Shown here piece by piece: positions 28,234 to 39,254 of a stretch of 64,000 nucleotides of DNA (within the stretch, counting starts at the first letter, position 1; each line of letters starts with the position of its first letter). A program made the translations under genes and the position numbers. The stretch comes from Candidatus Sulfotelmatobacter sp. (GTDB lineage: Bacteria; Acidobacteriota; Terriglobia; Terriglobales; Acidobacteriaceae). The notes beneath the pieces are model-generated. The model was not told the origin of the DNA. It made no database searches and saw only the letters and a list, made by a program, of their open reading frames with translations. The stretch covers positions 2,324 to 66,323 of the forward strand of contig JBAVQD010000048.1 of assembly GCA_049693675.1 (NCBI GenBank), given 5' to 3'.

Positions 28234-29265
28234 TTACCAGGCCACGGCAATCGCCGTCGCCACCAGATTCGCAATCGCCAGCGGCAACAGAAACTTCCAG
28301 CCAAAAGACATCAGTTGGTCGTAGCGGAAGCGCGGCAAAGTCCCACGCACCCAGATATAGAGAAAAAGAAAACAGAAAACCTTGGCAAGAAACCAGAATA
28401 CTGGCAGCACCGCCTGCAACAACGCAGGCCCAAACAGGGGACCCCGCCATCCGCCAAAAAACAACAGCGTGGCCACGCAAGCCACCGTGATCATGTTGGC
28501 GTATTCCGCCATGAAAAACATGGCGAACTTCATCGAACTGTATTCCGTGTGATATCCCGCAACCAGTTCAGTTTCTGCCTCGGGCAGGTCAAACGGAATG
28601 CGGTTCGTCTCCGCATAGGCAGCCATCAGATAAATGAAGAATCCGATAAACTGCCCGTGAAAAATATTCCAGCGCGGAATGAATCCCAGAAATCGCCCGG
28701 CCTGCATGTCCACAATCGTCCGCAAACTAAAGCTTCCCGATTGAATCAGCACTCCCACCAGCGAAAGCCCCAGCGCAATTTCATAACTCACCATCTGCGC
28801 GCTGGCCCGTAGCCCACCCAGCAGCGAATATTTGTTGTTCGAAGACCATCCCGCCAGCGCCACCCCGTACACGCCCATCGAGGTCACACCCAGAATCAGC
28901 AACAGGCCGATGTTCACATCCGTAATCTGCAGCGGAATGTTGTAGCCGAAAATTCGAACCGGATTGCCGAACGGAATCACCGCAATCGAAGTCAGCGCAA
29001 AAATCACCGCCATCATCGGCGCCGCCAGAAACAACGGCTTGTAAACGTGCGGCGGCGTCAGATCTTCCTTGAATAAGAATTTCAGCCCGTCGGCCGCGGG
29101 TTGAAGCAATCCGAACGGTCCCACCCGCGTCGGTCCCCATCGGTTCTGCATGTGGCCCACGACTTTGCGCTCCAACCAAACCGTGTAAGCGACCGCGGTG
29201 AGCAGAGCGACCAGCACGATCAGCGACTTGATGATCGACACGAGTATGAACACGCCCACCGACAA
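28234..29265 (-). CDS. nuoH: NADH-quinone oxidoreductase subunit H
   Basis: WLERKVVGHMQNRWGPTRVGPFGLLQP, GWSSNNKYSLLGGLRA, PFDLPEAETELVAGYHTEYS. Confidence 0.9.
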   Translation of the reverse strand: MSVGVFILVSIIKSLIVLVALLTAVAYTVWLERKVVGHMQNRWGPTRVGPFGLLQPAADGLKFLFKEDLTPPHVYKPLFLAAPMMAVIFALTSIAVIPFGNPVRIFGYNIPLQITDVNIGLLLILGVTSMGVYGVALAGWSSNNKYSLLGGLRASAQMVSYEIALGLSLVGVLIQSGSFSLRTIVDMQAGRFLGFIPRWNIFHGQFIGFFIYLMAAYAETNRIPFDLPEAETELVAGYHTEYSSMKFAMFFMAEYANMITVACVATLLFFGGWRGPLFGPALLQAVLPVFWFLAKVFCFLFLYIWVRGTLPRFRYDQLMSFGWKFLLPLAIANLVATAIAVAW

Positions 29266-29302
29266 GATCTTTCCGTCCTCTCAACCGCCGATATAAGGTG
29301 AA

Positions 29303-31669
29303 TCAGTCTGCCGCGACTTCGGCAGGCTTCACTTCGTGGCTTTCAACGACCGATTTCAACGCGCGCGAATATCGTCCCAAAGTTCCGGAAGTGAAAAGAT
29401 CATCATTTGCGGGTTGAATCGATTCCGTCCGGTGCGCAACTCCAGGTCCAGTCTCGGCCAGCGAAGTATGCTCGCTATTGCCCGCCATCAGGTTCATGCG
29501 CGAAACGTCATAGCCCGGAACCAGCCGCTGAATTTCATCCAGAATCGCCGTCGGATCGAACGGGCTCATCTTCGGCTCCAGACCGTGAGCCTCCAGCCAA
29601 ACGGCGTGACGGTCAGCCTCGCCGGATTGCGCTCCGCGCGATTGCCCCATATCCGCATGCGTACCCGCGCGCACTCCTTCGCCGAACGGCACCAGTCTGC
29701 GCACATCAAAGCCCATCGCGTCAGCAATGCGAACGATCATTTCAAAATCCGATTTCGTCCCCGTAACCTCGCCCGCTTTTTTCAGCAACTGCAAATCACC
29801 GCAAGTGTTCGTAAACGTTCCCGACTTCTCATAAGCATTCGCCGCTGGCAAAACCACATCCGCCATCACCGCCGTCTCCGTCAGGAACATATCCTGAACG
29901 ACAACGAAACTTTTCGAAAACGCGAATGGATCAATCTTCAGCCGTCCCACCGGATTCGATCCCACGACGTAAAGCGCCCGCAGCGTGCCCGCTTTCCCCG
30001 CTTCCACCATGCCCGTCAAATCAAGTCCCGCAGCCTCCGGAATCCCTCCCCATTCGCGATGAAACTCACTGTTGCCTGCGATCGGGTGATAGCCGGGCAG
30101 CAAATCCGGATACAACCCCATATCAGCGGCACCGCGCGAATTAGCGTAATCCGCCAGACAAACAAACTTCGTTCCCGGAATGCCCGCTCCAAATTTCACC
30201 AGATTGGCCAGGTCACCGCCGCGGATCTCCGACCCAAACACAACCACCAGATTCTGCTCGCCGCGCAGTTGATCGCGAAGTCCAGTCCACTGCTCGCGCG
30301 ATGAATGTCCTGCAATCGCCTCCAATGCCGAATCGTCGCTTGCCAGAAAAGCTGCAACCTTATTCTCTGTTCCCTCTGGAATTTGCGTGAAATTCGCCGC
30401 CTGCCGCCGTAGCTTGATCGGCCGCGAATTGATCACGTACAGCCGCGCCCGATGCAGCCGCACATTATTGCGAATCTGCCACGCCAGCAGCGGGTGCTGT
30501 TCCGTGGGATCGTTCCCAATCAACAGCGTAGCCGGCGCAGTAAATACTTCCGTCATGCTCGCCGTCGCATTCGCTTTTCCGCGCAGCGCCGCCGCCAGGG
30601 CAGGGAAGTCCGCAGTGCGATGATGATCGATATTGTTTGTCTTCAGCACCACTCGCGCAAACTTTGAGAGCAGATAATCTTCCTCGTTCGAGGTCCGCGT
30701 CGAACCGATCACGCCTATCGCCTTACCGCCCTCGACATCACGAATGGACGCGAATCTCCGCCCAATCAGTTCAAACGCTTCTTCCCACGTCGAAGGCGTT
30801 AACTTTCCATCCTTGCGAATCAGCGGACGCGTCAACCGCTCCTCGTGATTCGCAAAATCAAACGCATACCGCCCCTTGATGCAGAGGAAGTCCCCATTCG
30901 CCCCGCTCTTGTCGCGGTTATCCCCGCGCACAATCTCCGTTCCCTTATCGGCGCGTCTCACACCCAAAGTCGTCTTGCATCCATCTCCACAATGCGTGCA
31001 GATCGTGCTCACATGCTTCATCTCCCAGGGCCGCGTCTTGTAGCGATACGCTCCGGAAGTCAACGCTCCCACCGGGCAAATGTCGATGCACATCCCGCAC
31101 TCTTCGCACTCCAGATGATCTTCTTTGTTCGGCGCGATAATCGAACTCACCCCGCGGTTCTGCACCCCCAACGCCCAAACATCCATCCCCTCGCCGCATA
31201 CCCGCACGCAGCGATAACAAAGAATGCATCGTGGACGATCGAAAAACACCACCGGCGACCACTGCTGCTCATCCTTATGATTCTTGGCCTCCATGAACTT
31301 CGATTCGGCCGCGCCATAAGAGAACGTCATGTCCTGCAATTCGCATTCGCCGCCCGCATCGCAAACCGGACAATCCAGCGGATGATTCCCCAACAGCAAT
31401 TCCACCATCGACTTGCGCGCCTGTTTGATCTCTTCACTATCGGAAGTGACGATCATGCCCTCACTGATCACCGTGGTACACGCGGTTTGCAGCTTAGGCA
31501 TCTTCTCAATCTTCACCAGGCACATGCGGCAAGCGCCCTGGAGAGACAGATTCGGGTAATAGCAAAACGAAGGCACCTCAATACCCACACGTTTGCAAGC
31601 CTCGATCAGCAGCGTCCCCGCTGGAGCCGTTACTTTCTTGCCGTCAACTGTAAGTGTTATGTCCGCCAT
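29303..31669 (-). CDS. nuoG: NADH-quinone oxidoreductase subunit G (75-kDa type)
   Basis: N-terminal 2Fe-2S/4Fe-4S motifs CYYPNLSLQGACRMCLV, HPLDCPVCDAGGEC, CILCYRCVRVC, CEECGMCIDICPVGAL, followed by a molybdopterin-oxidoreductase-like domain. Confidence 0.9.
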   Translation of the reverse strand: MADITLTVDGKKVTAPAGTLLIEACKRVGIEVPSFCYYPNLSLQGACRMCLVKIEKMPKLQTACTTVISEGMIVTSDSEEIKQARKSMVELLLGNHPLDCPVCDAGGECELQDMTFSYGAAESKFMEAKNHKDEQQWSPVVFFDRPRCILCYRCVRVCGEGMDVWALGVQNRGVSSIIAPNKEDHLECEECGMCIDICPVGALTSGAYRYKTRPWEMKHVSTICTHCGDGCKTTLGVRRADKGTEIVRGDNRDKSGANGDFLCIKGRYAFDFANHEERLTRPLIRKDGKLTPSTWEEAFELIGRRFASIRDVEGGKAIGVIGSTRTSNEEDYLLSKFARVVLKTNNIDHHRTADFPALAAALRGKANATASMTEVFTAPATLLIGNDPTEQHPLLAWQIRNNVRLHRARLYVINSRPIKLRRQAANFTQIPEGTENKVAAFLASDDSALEAIAGHSSREQWTGLRDQLRGEQNLVVVFGSEIRGGDLANLVKFGAGIPGTKFVCLADYANSRGAADMGLYPDLLPGYHPIAGNSEFHREWGGIPEAAGLDLTGMVEAGKAGTLRALYVVGSNPVGRLKIDPFAFSKSFVVVQDMFLTETAVMADVVLPAANAYEKSGTFTNTCGDLQLLKKAGEVTGTKSDFEMIVRIADAMGFDVRRLVPFGEGVRAGTHADMGQSRGAQSGEADRHAVWLEAHGLEPKMSPFDPTAILDEIQRLVPGYDVSRMNLMAGNSEHTSLAETGPGVAHRTESIQPANDDLFTSGTLGRYSRALKSVVESHEVKPAEVAAD

Positions 31670-31676
31670 GAGAAAT

Positions 31677-32999
31677 TTAGTGAGTTAAAACCGGCAACTC
31701 TTCCACCGCGCCTTCTTTTTCAAACGGACACGGTCTGCCTTCCAAATGATCTTCGAATTCTTTGCGCCACTTCTTGACGAACGCAATCGTCGGCATCGCC
31801 GCCGCATCGCCCAGCGGACAAAACGTCCGCCCCAGCATGTTTTCCGACAAGTACTGCATATTGTCGATATCTTTTCTCACTCCGCCGCCGCTATGGAGAC
31901 GAGTCAAGGTTTTTTCGAGCCAGTCCGTGCCCTCGCGGCAGGGGATGCACCATCCGCAGCTTTCGTGCTTATAAAATTTCATCGTGCGGAGTGCGAACTT
32001 CACAATGCACTGCGCGTCGTCGACAACCACAACGCCGCCCGAACCCAGCATCGAACCAGCCTTCGCCACCGAGTCGAAATCCATCGCGACATCGACTTCA
32101 TCGGCGGTAAGAGCCGGGCAAGACGATCCGCCCGGAACCACCGCCTTCAACTTGCGCCCGTTCGGAATTCCGCCGCCCACGTCGTAGATCATCTTCTTCA
32201 GGTTGTAGCCCATCGGCAGTTCGTAGACGCCGGGCTTCGCAATATTTCCGCTCAGGCAAAACAGCCGCGTCCCGCCATTCTTTGGCGTGCCCAGCTTGGC
32301 ATACCACTCCGCACCGCCAAGAATAATGTGCGGCACGTTGGCCAGCGTTTCCGCATTATTAATGACGGTAGGCCCACCCCACAGCCCCACCACAGCAGGG
32401 AACGGCGGCCGAATCCGCGGAATCCCGCGCTTGCCCTCAAGCGACTCCATCAGCGCCGACTCCTCGCCCACTTCATACGCGCCCGCGCCGCCATGCCAGT
32501 AAATATCGAAATCGCGACCGCTGCCAAAAATGTTCTTGCCTAAAAATCCCTTCGCGTAAGCGTCGCGAATCGCTTTCTGCATGATGATCGACAGATATCG
32601 ATATTCCCCACGGATGTAGATGTACCCGCTCTTCGCGCCCACCGCCAGGCCGCCAATCATTACGCCCTCAATCACCGCGTGCGGATCATGCTCAAAAATC
32701 AGCCTGTCCTTACATGTTCCTGGCTCGCTCTCATCGCCATTGCACAAAACATATTTCGGCTTCGCCGATTGCTTGGGCACGAACGACCACTTCATCCCCG
32801 TCGAAAATCCTGCCCCGCCGCGCCCGCGCAACCCGGAATTCTTCACCTCATTAATAATGGCGTCAGCTTCCATGGCCAGCGCCTTCTGCACCGCCTTATA
32901 GCCGTCGAGCGCAATGTACCGGTCGATATCAGTCGCGCCCTGGCCAAATCGCCGGGAGACGACCTTTACTTCGTCGGGATGTGAGACTAAAGAAGCCAT
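31677..32999 (-). CDS. nuoF: NADH-quinone oxidoreductase subunit F
   Basis: GLRGRGGAGFSTGMKWSF, NGDESEPGT, ESCGWCIPCREG. Start set at MASLVSHPDE. The upstream in-frame Met at 33056 would translate the intergenic hairpin. Confidence 0.9.
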   Translation of the reverse strand: MASLVSHPDEVKVVSRRFGQGATDIDRYIALDGYKAVQKALAMEADAIINEVKNSGLRGRGGAGFSTGMKWSFVPKQSAKPKYVLCNGDESEPGTCKDRLIFEHDPHAVIEGVMIGGLAVGAKSGYIYIRGEYRYLSIIMQKAIRDAYAKGFLGKNIFGSGRDFDIYWHGGAGAYEVGEESALMESLEGKRGIPRIRPPFPAVVGLWGGPTVINNAETLANVPHIILGGAEWYAKLGTPKNGGTRLFCLSGNIAKPGVYELPMGYNLKKMIYDVGGGIPNGRKLKAVVPGGSSCPALTADEVDVAMDFDSVAKAGSMLGSGGVVVVDDAQCIVKFALRTMKFYKHESCGWCIPCREGTDWLEKTLTRLHSGGGVRKDIDNMQYLSENMLGRTFCPLGDAAAMPTIAFVKKWRKEFEDHLEGRPCPFEKEGAVEELPVLTH

Positions 33000-33000
33000 T

Positions 33001-33085
33001 GTTGATTGTTGATTTCTGATTGTCGATTGAACTGTCCAACCCCGGGTGCTTTTCAATCAACAATCAGCAATCAAAAATCAGAAAT
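33001..33085. repeat. long imperfect inverted repeat (about 29-bp stem with 3 mismatches, 20-nt loop) in the nuoE-nuoF spacer
   Basis: The arm gttgattgttgatttctgattgtcgattgaa pairs with ttcaatcaacaatcagcaatcaaaaatcagaaat. 26 of 31 positions pair when aligned by hand. The loop contains ccccggg. Confidence 0.7.
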
Positions 33086-33087
33086 TT

Positions 33088-33564
33088 TTACGCCTTCACT
33101 TTGTACTCGTCCAGCACTCGATCAATCTTCTCCGCCGTCAGGTTCTCATGAAAGTCATAGTTCACCTGCGCTGCCGGAGCCCAACTGCACGCTCCAATGC
33201 ATTCCACTTCTTCCAGCGTAAACAATCCATCGGCTGTCGTGCCGTGGTTGCCAACACCCAACTTCTTCGCGCAGTGCCGCAAAATTTCTTCTCCGCCCCG
33301 CACCAGGCAACTGATGTTCGTACAAACCTGCACGTTAAACTTGCCCCGCGGCTTGGTTGTCAGCATCGAGTAGTAGCTGATCACGTTGCGCACTTCGAGT
33401 TCCGTCAAATCCAGCCGTCCGGCCAGCTCCGCAATCACTTCATCCGACAGAAATCCAACCTCATCCTGCGCATAAAGCAGCGTAGGCACGAGCGCCGATC
33501 GTTTTGTTGGATAGTGAGGCAACATCTCGCTAAACCGCGCCTCGAATTCATCCGAAAACTTCAT
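33088..33564 (-). CDS. nuoE: NADH-quinone oxidoreductase subunit E
   Basis: YPTKRSALVPTLLYAQ, VCTNISCLVRG, ECIGACSWAP. Start set at MKFSDEFEARF, which has an AAAGGA SD. Confidence 0.85.
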   Translation of the reverse strand: MKFSDEFEARFSEMLPHYPTKRSALVPTLLYAQDEVGFLSDEVIAELAGRLDLTELEVRNVISYYSMLTTKPRGKFNVQVCTNISCLVRGGEEILRHCAKKLGVGNHGTTADGLFTLEEVECIGACSWAPAAQVNYDFHENLTAEKIDRVLDEYKVKA

Positions 33565-33640
33565 AACCAAATCCTTTGTGAAGCCTCTGCGTCCTCTGTG
33601 GTAAAGGGTTAGCCTGGAATCGCCGAAAAACTGCAAGGCC

Positions 33641-34845
<1,205 letters not shown>

Positions 34846-34846
<1 letters not shown>

Positions 34847-35343
34847 CAGCGGTAACCCTCCACCGGATAATCTTTTCGCAGCGGATAACCTTCCCAATCC
34901 TCCGGCATCAAAAGCCTTCGCAGATAAGGATGCCCCGTAAATCGAATCCCGAACAAATCAAAAACCTCACGCTCAAAATAATTCGCCCCCGGCCACACCG
35001 AACACATCGACTCCACTGCAGGACTGGCGCTGTCCAACCGAACCTTGAGTCGCACACGTTCTTTCTTCGAAATCGACAGCAAGTGGTAAATCACTTCAAA
35101 CCGGGGCTCTGCCGGATACCAATCCACGCAAGTCACATCGGAAAGAAAGTTGAAGGCGCAATCAGCATCGTCTCGCAACAGCACGCAAGTTTCGCGAATG
35201 CACGATCGGTCGATGTAAATCGTCATCTCATCGCGGTCGAACTTACCTCCTGTAACCGCCGCCGGATTCCACGCCAGCAGCCGCGCCACTGCGGGATGAC
35301 TTTTCAGTTGTTCAAGATCGGTGATCGCAGGTGCCAGTGCCAT
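34846..35343 (-). CDS. nuoC: NADH-quinone oxidoreductase subunit C
   Basis: ANYFEREVFDLFGIRFTGHP, PLRKDYP. Start MALAPAITD forms a TAATG junction with the nuoA stop, leaving no room for nuoB. Confidence 0.9.
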
Positions 35344-35738
35344 TACCGTGTTCCTCGCCGCATGGCCTCTGGACCCCAATCCAGCACGCCTTTTTTCCAC
35401 ACGTAGAAAAATCCCACCAGAACGATGCCGATGTAAACGAACATTTCCCACAAACCAAAATGTTTGAGATCGTGCAGAATCACGGCCCAGGGGTAAAGAA
35501 ACACGGCCTCAACATCGAACAAAATAAACAGCATCGCCACCAGGTAAAACTGCACGGAAAATCGCCCGCGCGAGTCGCCCACCGGATGCATGCCGCATTC
35601 GTAGGCTTCCATTTTGGCCCGCGTCGGCTTACGCTGCCCAATCAGCCACGAAAGCGTAATAATGGCAGTCGCAATCGCCCCAGCCAGCAGAATATGGATG
35701 AGAAAAGGCAGGTAGCTTGCGAAGTAATTGTCTAGCAT
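35343..35738 (-). CDS. nuoA: NADH-quinone oxidoreductase subunit A
   Basis: 131 aa with 3 TM segments. EAYECGMHPVGDSRGRFSVQFYLVAMLFILFDVE motif. Confidence 0.9.
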   Translation of the reverse strand: MLDNYFASYLPFLIHILLAGAIATAIITLSWLIGQRKPTRAKMEAYECGMHPVGDSRGRFSVQFYLVAMLFILFDVEAVFLYPWAVILHDLKHFGLWEMFVYIGIVLVGFFYVWKKGVLDWGPEAMRRGTR

Positions 35739-35960
35739 AGGAGAGCGTATATATAATTCGCGCCAAGCGTTAACTAAACATTCTAGATTAGGTGCTGGTG
35801 CGCGCGAGTGTCAAGGGAACCGGGAAGAATTCGCCGTTTTGTAATCGTGTAATCGGGAAATTGAAATTCAAACCCTGATAACGTCGCGAACGTTGTAAGC
35901 TCAGGGGTGCTTTAGCTGTTCAATTGCAAAATTACCAAATTATAGAATTACTCAATTCTT

Positions 35961-36545
35961 ATGATTTTCGGCTTCAATACCGACGTAAAACACGGCGACA
36001 CCATCTATCACGTGCAAAGCGAAGCCCGTGAGAGCGAGAAATTGCTGCAGACGCAAGTCTTCATGCGCGGAAGGTGTATCGGCAAGAAAGCCATTTCGTA
36101 TGCGGCTTCCGCACAGCAACAGGATTTCGGCGACGCTCAAAAGGAGCAACAGTTGCGCGACCAGCATCGACTCGTCCTCGAGGCTATCCGCGAAGGGAAG
36201 TTGGACGACGTTCTTGATCACGCCGAAACCGAATCTCTGGCCGGCATCAAACAGCTCGACGTGCAATGGGAAAACGCCGCCTCGGTTCACGCCGATCGCA
36301 AGCTCACCATGCAACTCCGCGTCACCGAAGCTGGATCAGCCGTTCCCGCCGCCCGCCTCACCTTTCGCTTCGCCCGTCCCGACGCCGCGCCTTTCTATAC
36401 CCAGGCCGTCACCGATTCCACCGGCAACGCCGCCATCTCCATTGAGGTCGATGAATCGTCCTTGTCCGACTCCTCTGTTATGGTCCAGGCCAACCATGAA
36501 GGGCGCACCGTAACCCGCAAATTCGCCCTCCGCAAGAGCGAGTAG
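35961..36545 (+). CDS. hypothetical protein
   Basis: 194-aa ORF divergent from nuoA. Coding-like composition, no SD, no family recognised. Confidence 0.5.
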   Translation: MIFGFNTDVKHGDTIYHVQSEARESEKLLQTQVFMRGRCIGKKAISYAASAQQQDFGDAQKEQQLRDQHRLVLEAIREGKLDDVLDHAETESLAGIKQLDVQWENAASVHADRKLTMQLRVTEAGSAVPAARLTFRFARPDAAPFYTQAVTDSTGNAAISIEVDESSLSDSSVMVQANHEGRTVTRKFALRKSE

Positions 36546-36579
36546 GGAACTCGGTTCCCGGCGTGAGAAAATTGACAAA

Positions 36580-36804
36580 ATGAAACTTCACATCAACGGA
36601 GAAGAGCGCACCTTCCCGGACCCCGCACCACCCTTTCAATTCACCCTTTCGTCCCTGATCGAATCCCTCAACATGAAGTCCGACCGCGTCGCCGTCGAAC
36701 TCAACCGCGAAATCGCCCCGCGCGACCGCTGGTCTGAAATCTCACTCAAAGACGGCGACCGCCTCGAAATCGTCCACTTCGTCGGCGGCGGTCTGAACGT
36801 ATGA
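36580..36804 (+). CDS. thiS: ThiS-family sulfur-carrier (ubiquitin-like) protein with 3 residues after the GG motif
   Basis: VAVELNREIAPRDRWSEISLKDGDRLEIVHFVGGG-LNV* matches the ThiS C-terminal pattern, but the protein does not end at GG. Confidence 0.75.
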   Translation: MKLHINGEERTFPDPAPPFQFTLSSLIESLNMKSDRVAVELNREIAPRDRWSEISLKDGDRLEIVHFVGGGLNV

Positions 36805-36818
36805 CGGGGCTTTGAAAG

Positions 36819-36978
36819 GGCGCGGCTTCAGCCGCGCCGTCAGTGCACCAAAATCCCCCGCGACTTTAGTCGCAGCAGTCGGAATCCTATCCACGGACCA
36901 CTCCCGGAGATTTCGGGTGGCGTAGCGCTTCAGCGCTGCGATTTCTGCTCAGCTTTTCAATTGCGGCTTTATAGCCGC
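36819..36978. repeat. cluster of four short GC-rich hairpin (REP-like) elements with CTT(C/T)A loops
   Basis: ggcgcggc-ttca-gccgcgcc (36819-38). gcgac-ttta-gtcgc (36860-73). cgtagcgc-ttca-gcgctgcg (36921-40). gcggc-tttata-gccgc (36963-78). Confidence 0.7.
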
Positions 36979-37025
36979 TGAGGGCCGAAGCATCGTTCTA
37001 GTTAACCCCTTCCTCCGATTCTCCA

Positions 37026-37089
37026 TTGACTCCCATCCGCTTCTCTCTAAAATGTTTGAAACATTCAGCATTCAAATTGTTTCAAACAT
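37026..37089 (+). promoter_or_regulatory. candidate promoter plus two TGTTT-N-AAACA palindromes upstream of the MerR gene
   Basis: TTGACT - 16 nt - TAAAAT. aatgtttGaaacatt at 37051-65 and tgtttCaaaca at 37079-89. Confidence 0.35.
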
Positions 37090-37101
37090 AATCGGGGACC
37101 A

Positions 37102-37575
37102 ATGCATCACCGCTTTCCATCTCACGACGTGATCGCCCTCACCGGCATCACCGCCCGCCAGCTCCAGTACTGGGACGAACGCGGAGTCGTTAAACCCGAG
37201 CGAGAAGGTCATCGCCGCCTCTACTCCATGCAAAACCTAACCGAAGTGGCCGTCATCTGCGAGCTTCGCCGCAAAGGCTTCTCCCTGCAGGGAGTACGAA
37301 AGGTCATGCGCTTTCTGGACCGCGAGGTCGGTAAGCCCCTCGCGGAAATCGTCAGCCGCACCTCCGACGTTCACCTGCTCACCGATGGCACCCACCTCTA
37401 TCTCGAAACATCGGCGCGGCAAATCGTCGATATCCTGAAAAATTCCAATCAGCCGATTCTCGGCGTTTGCCTCAGCGACGCCGTCCGTCAGGTCCGCGCC
37501 GACGTGATCGCCAGAAAAGCGAGTACTTCCGTAATAGCGCCGCCCGAGCGGCGGCGTGCTAGAAAGGTCTCTTAG
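37102..37575 (+). CDS. MerR-family transcriptional regulator
   Basis: HDVIALTGITARQLQYWDERGVVKPEREGHRRLYSMQNLTEVAVICELRRKGFSLQGVRKVM is a MerR helix-turn-helix. Confidence 0.85.
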   Translation: MHHRFPSHDVIALTGITARQLQYWDERGVVKPEREGHRRLYSMQNLTEVAVICELRRKGFSLQGVRKVMRFLDREVGKPLAEIVSRTSDVHLLTDGTHLYLETSARQIVDILKNSNQPILGVCLSDAVRQVRADVIARKASTSVIAPPERRRARKVS

Positions 37576-37623
37576 ATAAAAGGGTTTAGTGGCTAAGAAA
37601 GTCTGGGTTCACAAGGGGGAAAC

Positions 37624-37887
37624 ATGGTCGGCGAACTGGACATGATCAACGAATGGATCCCGGAACATATGCAGCCCGGAACCGTCTTTGTGCTGGAAAA
37701 CGCCGGCGAAGTCGGCGAAAAAGAAGATCCCTACTGGGCCGTGCTGGCCTGCCCGTCCTGCGGCATGCTCGGATTGATCACGCGCCGCCAGATCAGCGGC
37801 CTCGTCCCCGTTATCTGCGGATCGGAAAAATGCTCTGCCCAATTCTTCATCCGTGACAGCGAAGTTGTTGTCCGCAAACCCTTCTAG
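37624..37887 (+). CDS. small hypothetical protein with zinc-ribbon-like CxxC...CxxxxC
   Basis: Strong SD (AAGGGGGA). 87 aa. CPSCGML...CGSEKC. Confidence 0.55.
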   Translation: MVGELDMINEWIPEHMQPGTVFVLENAGEVGEKEDPYWAVLACPSCGMLGLITRRQISGLVPVICGSEKCSAQFFIRDSEVVVRKPF

Positions 37888-37914
37888 ATCTCTTGGTTGA
37901 AATGGTCGCCCCTT

Positions 37915-37981
37915 GGGTGGCGCAGCGCTTCAGCGCTGCGATAAAGATATATTTGTTTTCGAGGGCTTTAGCCCCGAGGGG
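37915..37981. repeat. REP-like hairpins; the first is near-identical to the 36915-36942 copy
   Basis: gggtggcgcagcgcttcagcgctgcgat versus gggtggcgtagcgcttcagcgctgcgat, exactly 1000 bp upstream. Followed by gggctttagcccc. Confidence 0.7.
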
Positions 37982-38084
37982 ATGACGATGTCATTCCGAC
38001 CGGAGTCGGAGCGCCAGCGACGGCGGAGTGGAGGAACCTGCTATCCGCAGCCGGAATACGTCCCGACCGAACCCCAGACTTACA

Positions 38085-39254
38085 TCAGTTCGTCCTTGTC
38101 TTCGCCGCGCTCAACTCCACCGGAACCTGATCCACGATCTCAATCCCAAACCCCTCCAACGCCGCAACTTTCTTCGGACGATTCGTCAGCAATCGAATCC
38201 TGCTCAGCTTCAAATCCGAAAGAATCTGCGCTCCAATTCCAATCTCGCGTTGTGTCTGCCGTTCGTTATCCAGCAGCGCCGGTAATTTCCGTCCCTTATG
38301 AAAAGTCAGCGCCGTTCGCTCTCCAACTTTCTCCTTCGAAAATCCCTGCGACGTTTGATGGAGATAAATCAAAGCCCCGCGCCCCTCCTGGGCAATCCGC
38401 CGCAACGATCCTTCGAGCGTGGCATTGCACTCGCATCCCGTAGACCCAAACACGTCGCCCATCAGACAGTGCGCGTGCATGCGCACCAGCACCGGTGCAT
38501 CGCTCCCCTCCACATCGCCTTTAATCAGCGCCACGTGCGACTCTCCACCATCCACTTCGCTTTCGTAGGCAATCAGCCGGAACTCGCCAAACCGCGTCTC
38601 CACCAGTGCTTCGCCCACCCGATGCACATAGCGCTCATGCGCCATCCGGTAGCGAATCAATTCCGCCACCGTCAGCATCTTCAGCCCATGCTCGTGGCAA
38701 AACTCAATCAAATCCGGAACCCGCGCCATGGTTCCGTCATCTTTCATGATCTCGCAAATAATTCCTGCAGGAATTAATCCCGCCAGCCGGGCCAGATCGA
38801 CCGAAGCCTCGGTCTGTCCCGCCCGCACCAGCACTCCGCCCTTTCGCGCGCGCAGCGGAAACACATGTCCCGGCCGCGCCAAATCTGACGCTTTCGTCGC
38901 TGGATCAATCGCCACCTGAATCGTCCGCGCCCGGTCGTATGCGGATATTCCTGTCGTCACACCCACTTGTGCATCAATGGCCTCACAAAACGCAGTCCCG
39001 TATTGCGAAGTATTTTCCGCCGACATCGGCCCCAGCCGCAGGTGATCCAGCCGCTCCTCCGTCATCGCCAGGCACACCAGCCCGCGCCCATACTTGGCCA
39101 TAAAGTTGATCGCTTCCGGCGTAACTTTCTCCGCCGCCAGCGTAAGATCGCCTTCGTTCTCGCGATCCTCATCGTCCACCACCACAATCATGCGTCCCGC
39201 GCGGATCTCCTCGATCGCCGCAGGCACATCGATAAAGGATGTTTGTGGGCTCAT
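38085..39254 (-). CDS. ribBA: bifunctional 3,4-dihydroxy-2-butanone-4-phosphate synthase / GTP cyclohydrolase II
   Basis: [47 protein letters not shown]. Start set at [11 protein letters not shown]. Confidence 0.9.
   Translation of the reverse strand: MSPQTSFIDVPAAIEEIRAGRMIVVVDDEDRENEGDLTLAAEKVTPEAINFMAKYGRGLVCLAMTEERLDHLRLGPMSAENTSQYGTAFCEAIDAQVGVTTGISAYDRARTIQVAIDPATKASDLARPGHVFPLRARKGGVLVRAGQTEASVDLARLAGLIPAGIICEIMKDDGTMARVPDLIEFCHEHGLKMLTVAELIRYRMAHERYVHRVGEALVETRFGEFRLIAYESEVDGGESHVALIKGDVEGSDAPVLVRMHAHCLMGDVFGSTGCECNATLEGSLRRIAQEGRGALIYLHQTSQGFSKEKVGERTALTFHKGRKLPALLDNERQTQREIGIGAQILSDLKLSRIRLLTNRPKKVAALEGFGIEIVDQVPVELSAAKTRTN

Noticed and set aside
32999-33056. Upstream in-frame Met (33056) as the nuoF start
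   Set aside because: It would translate the intergenic hairpin (MKSTRGWTVQSTIRNQQST). Typical NuoF N-termini align from MASLVSHPDE.
37913-38443. 176-aa plus-strand ORF overlapping the 3' end of ribBA
   Set aside because: It starts inside REP hairpins, runs antisense to a well-supported gene, and is Ser/Pro-rich low complexity.
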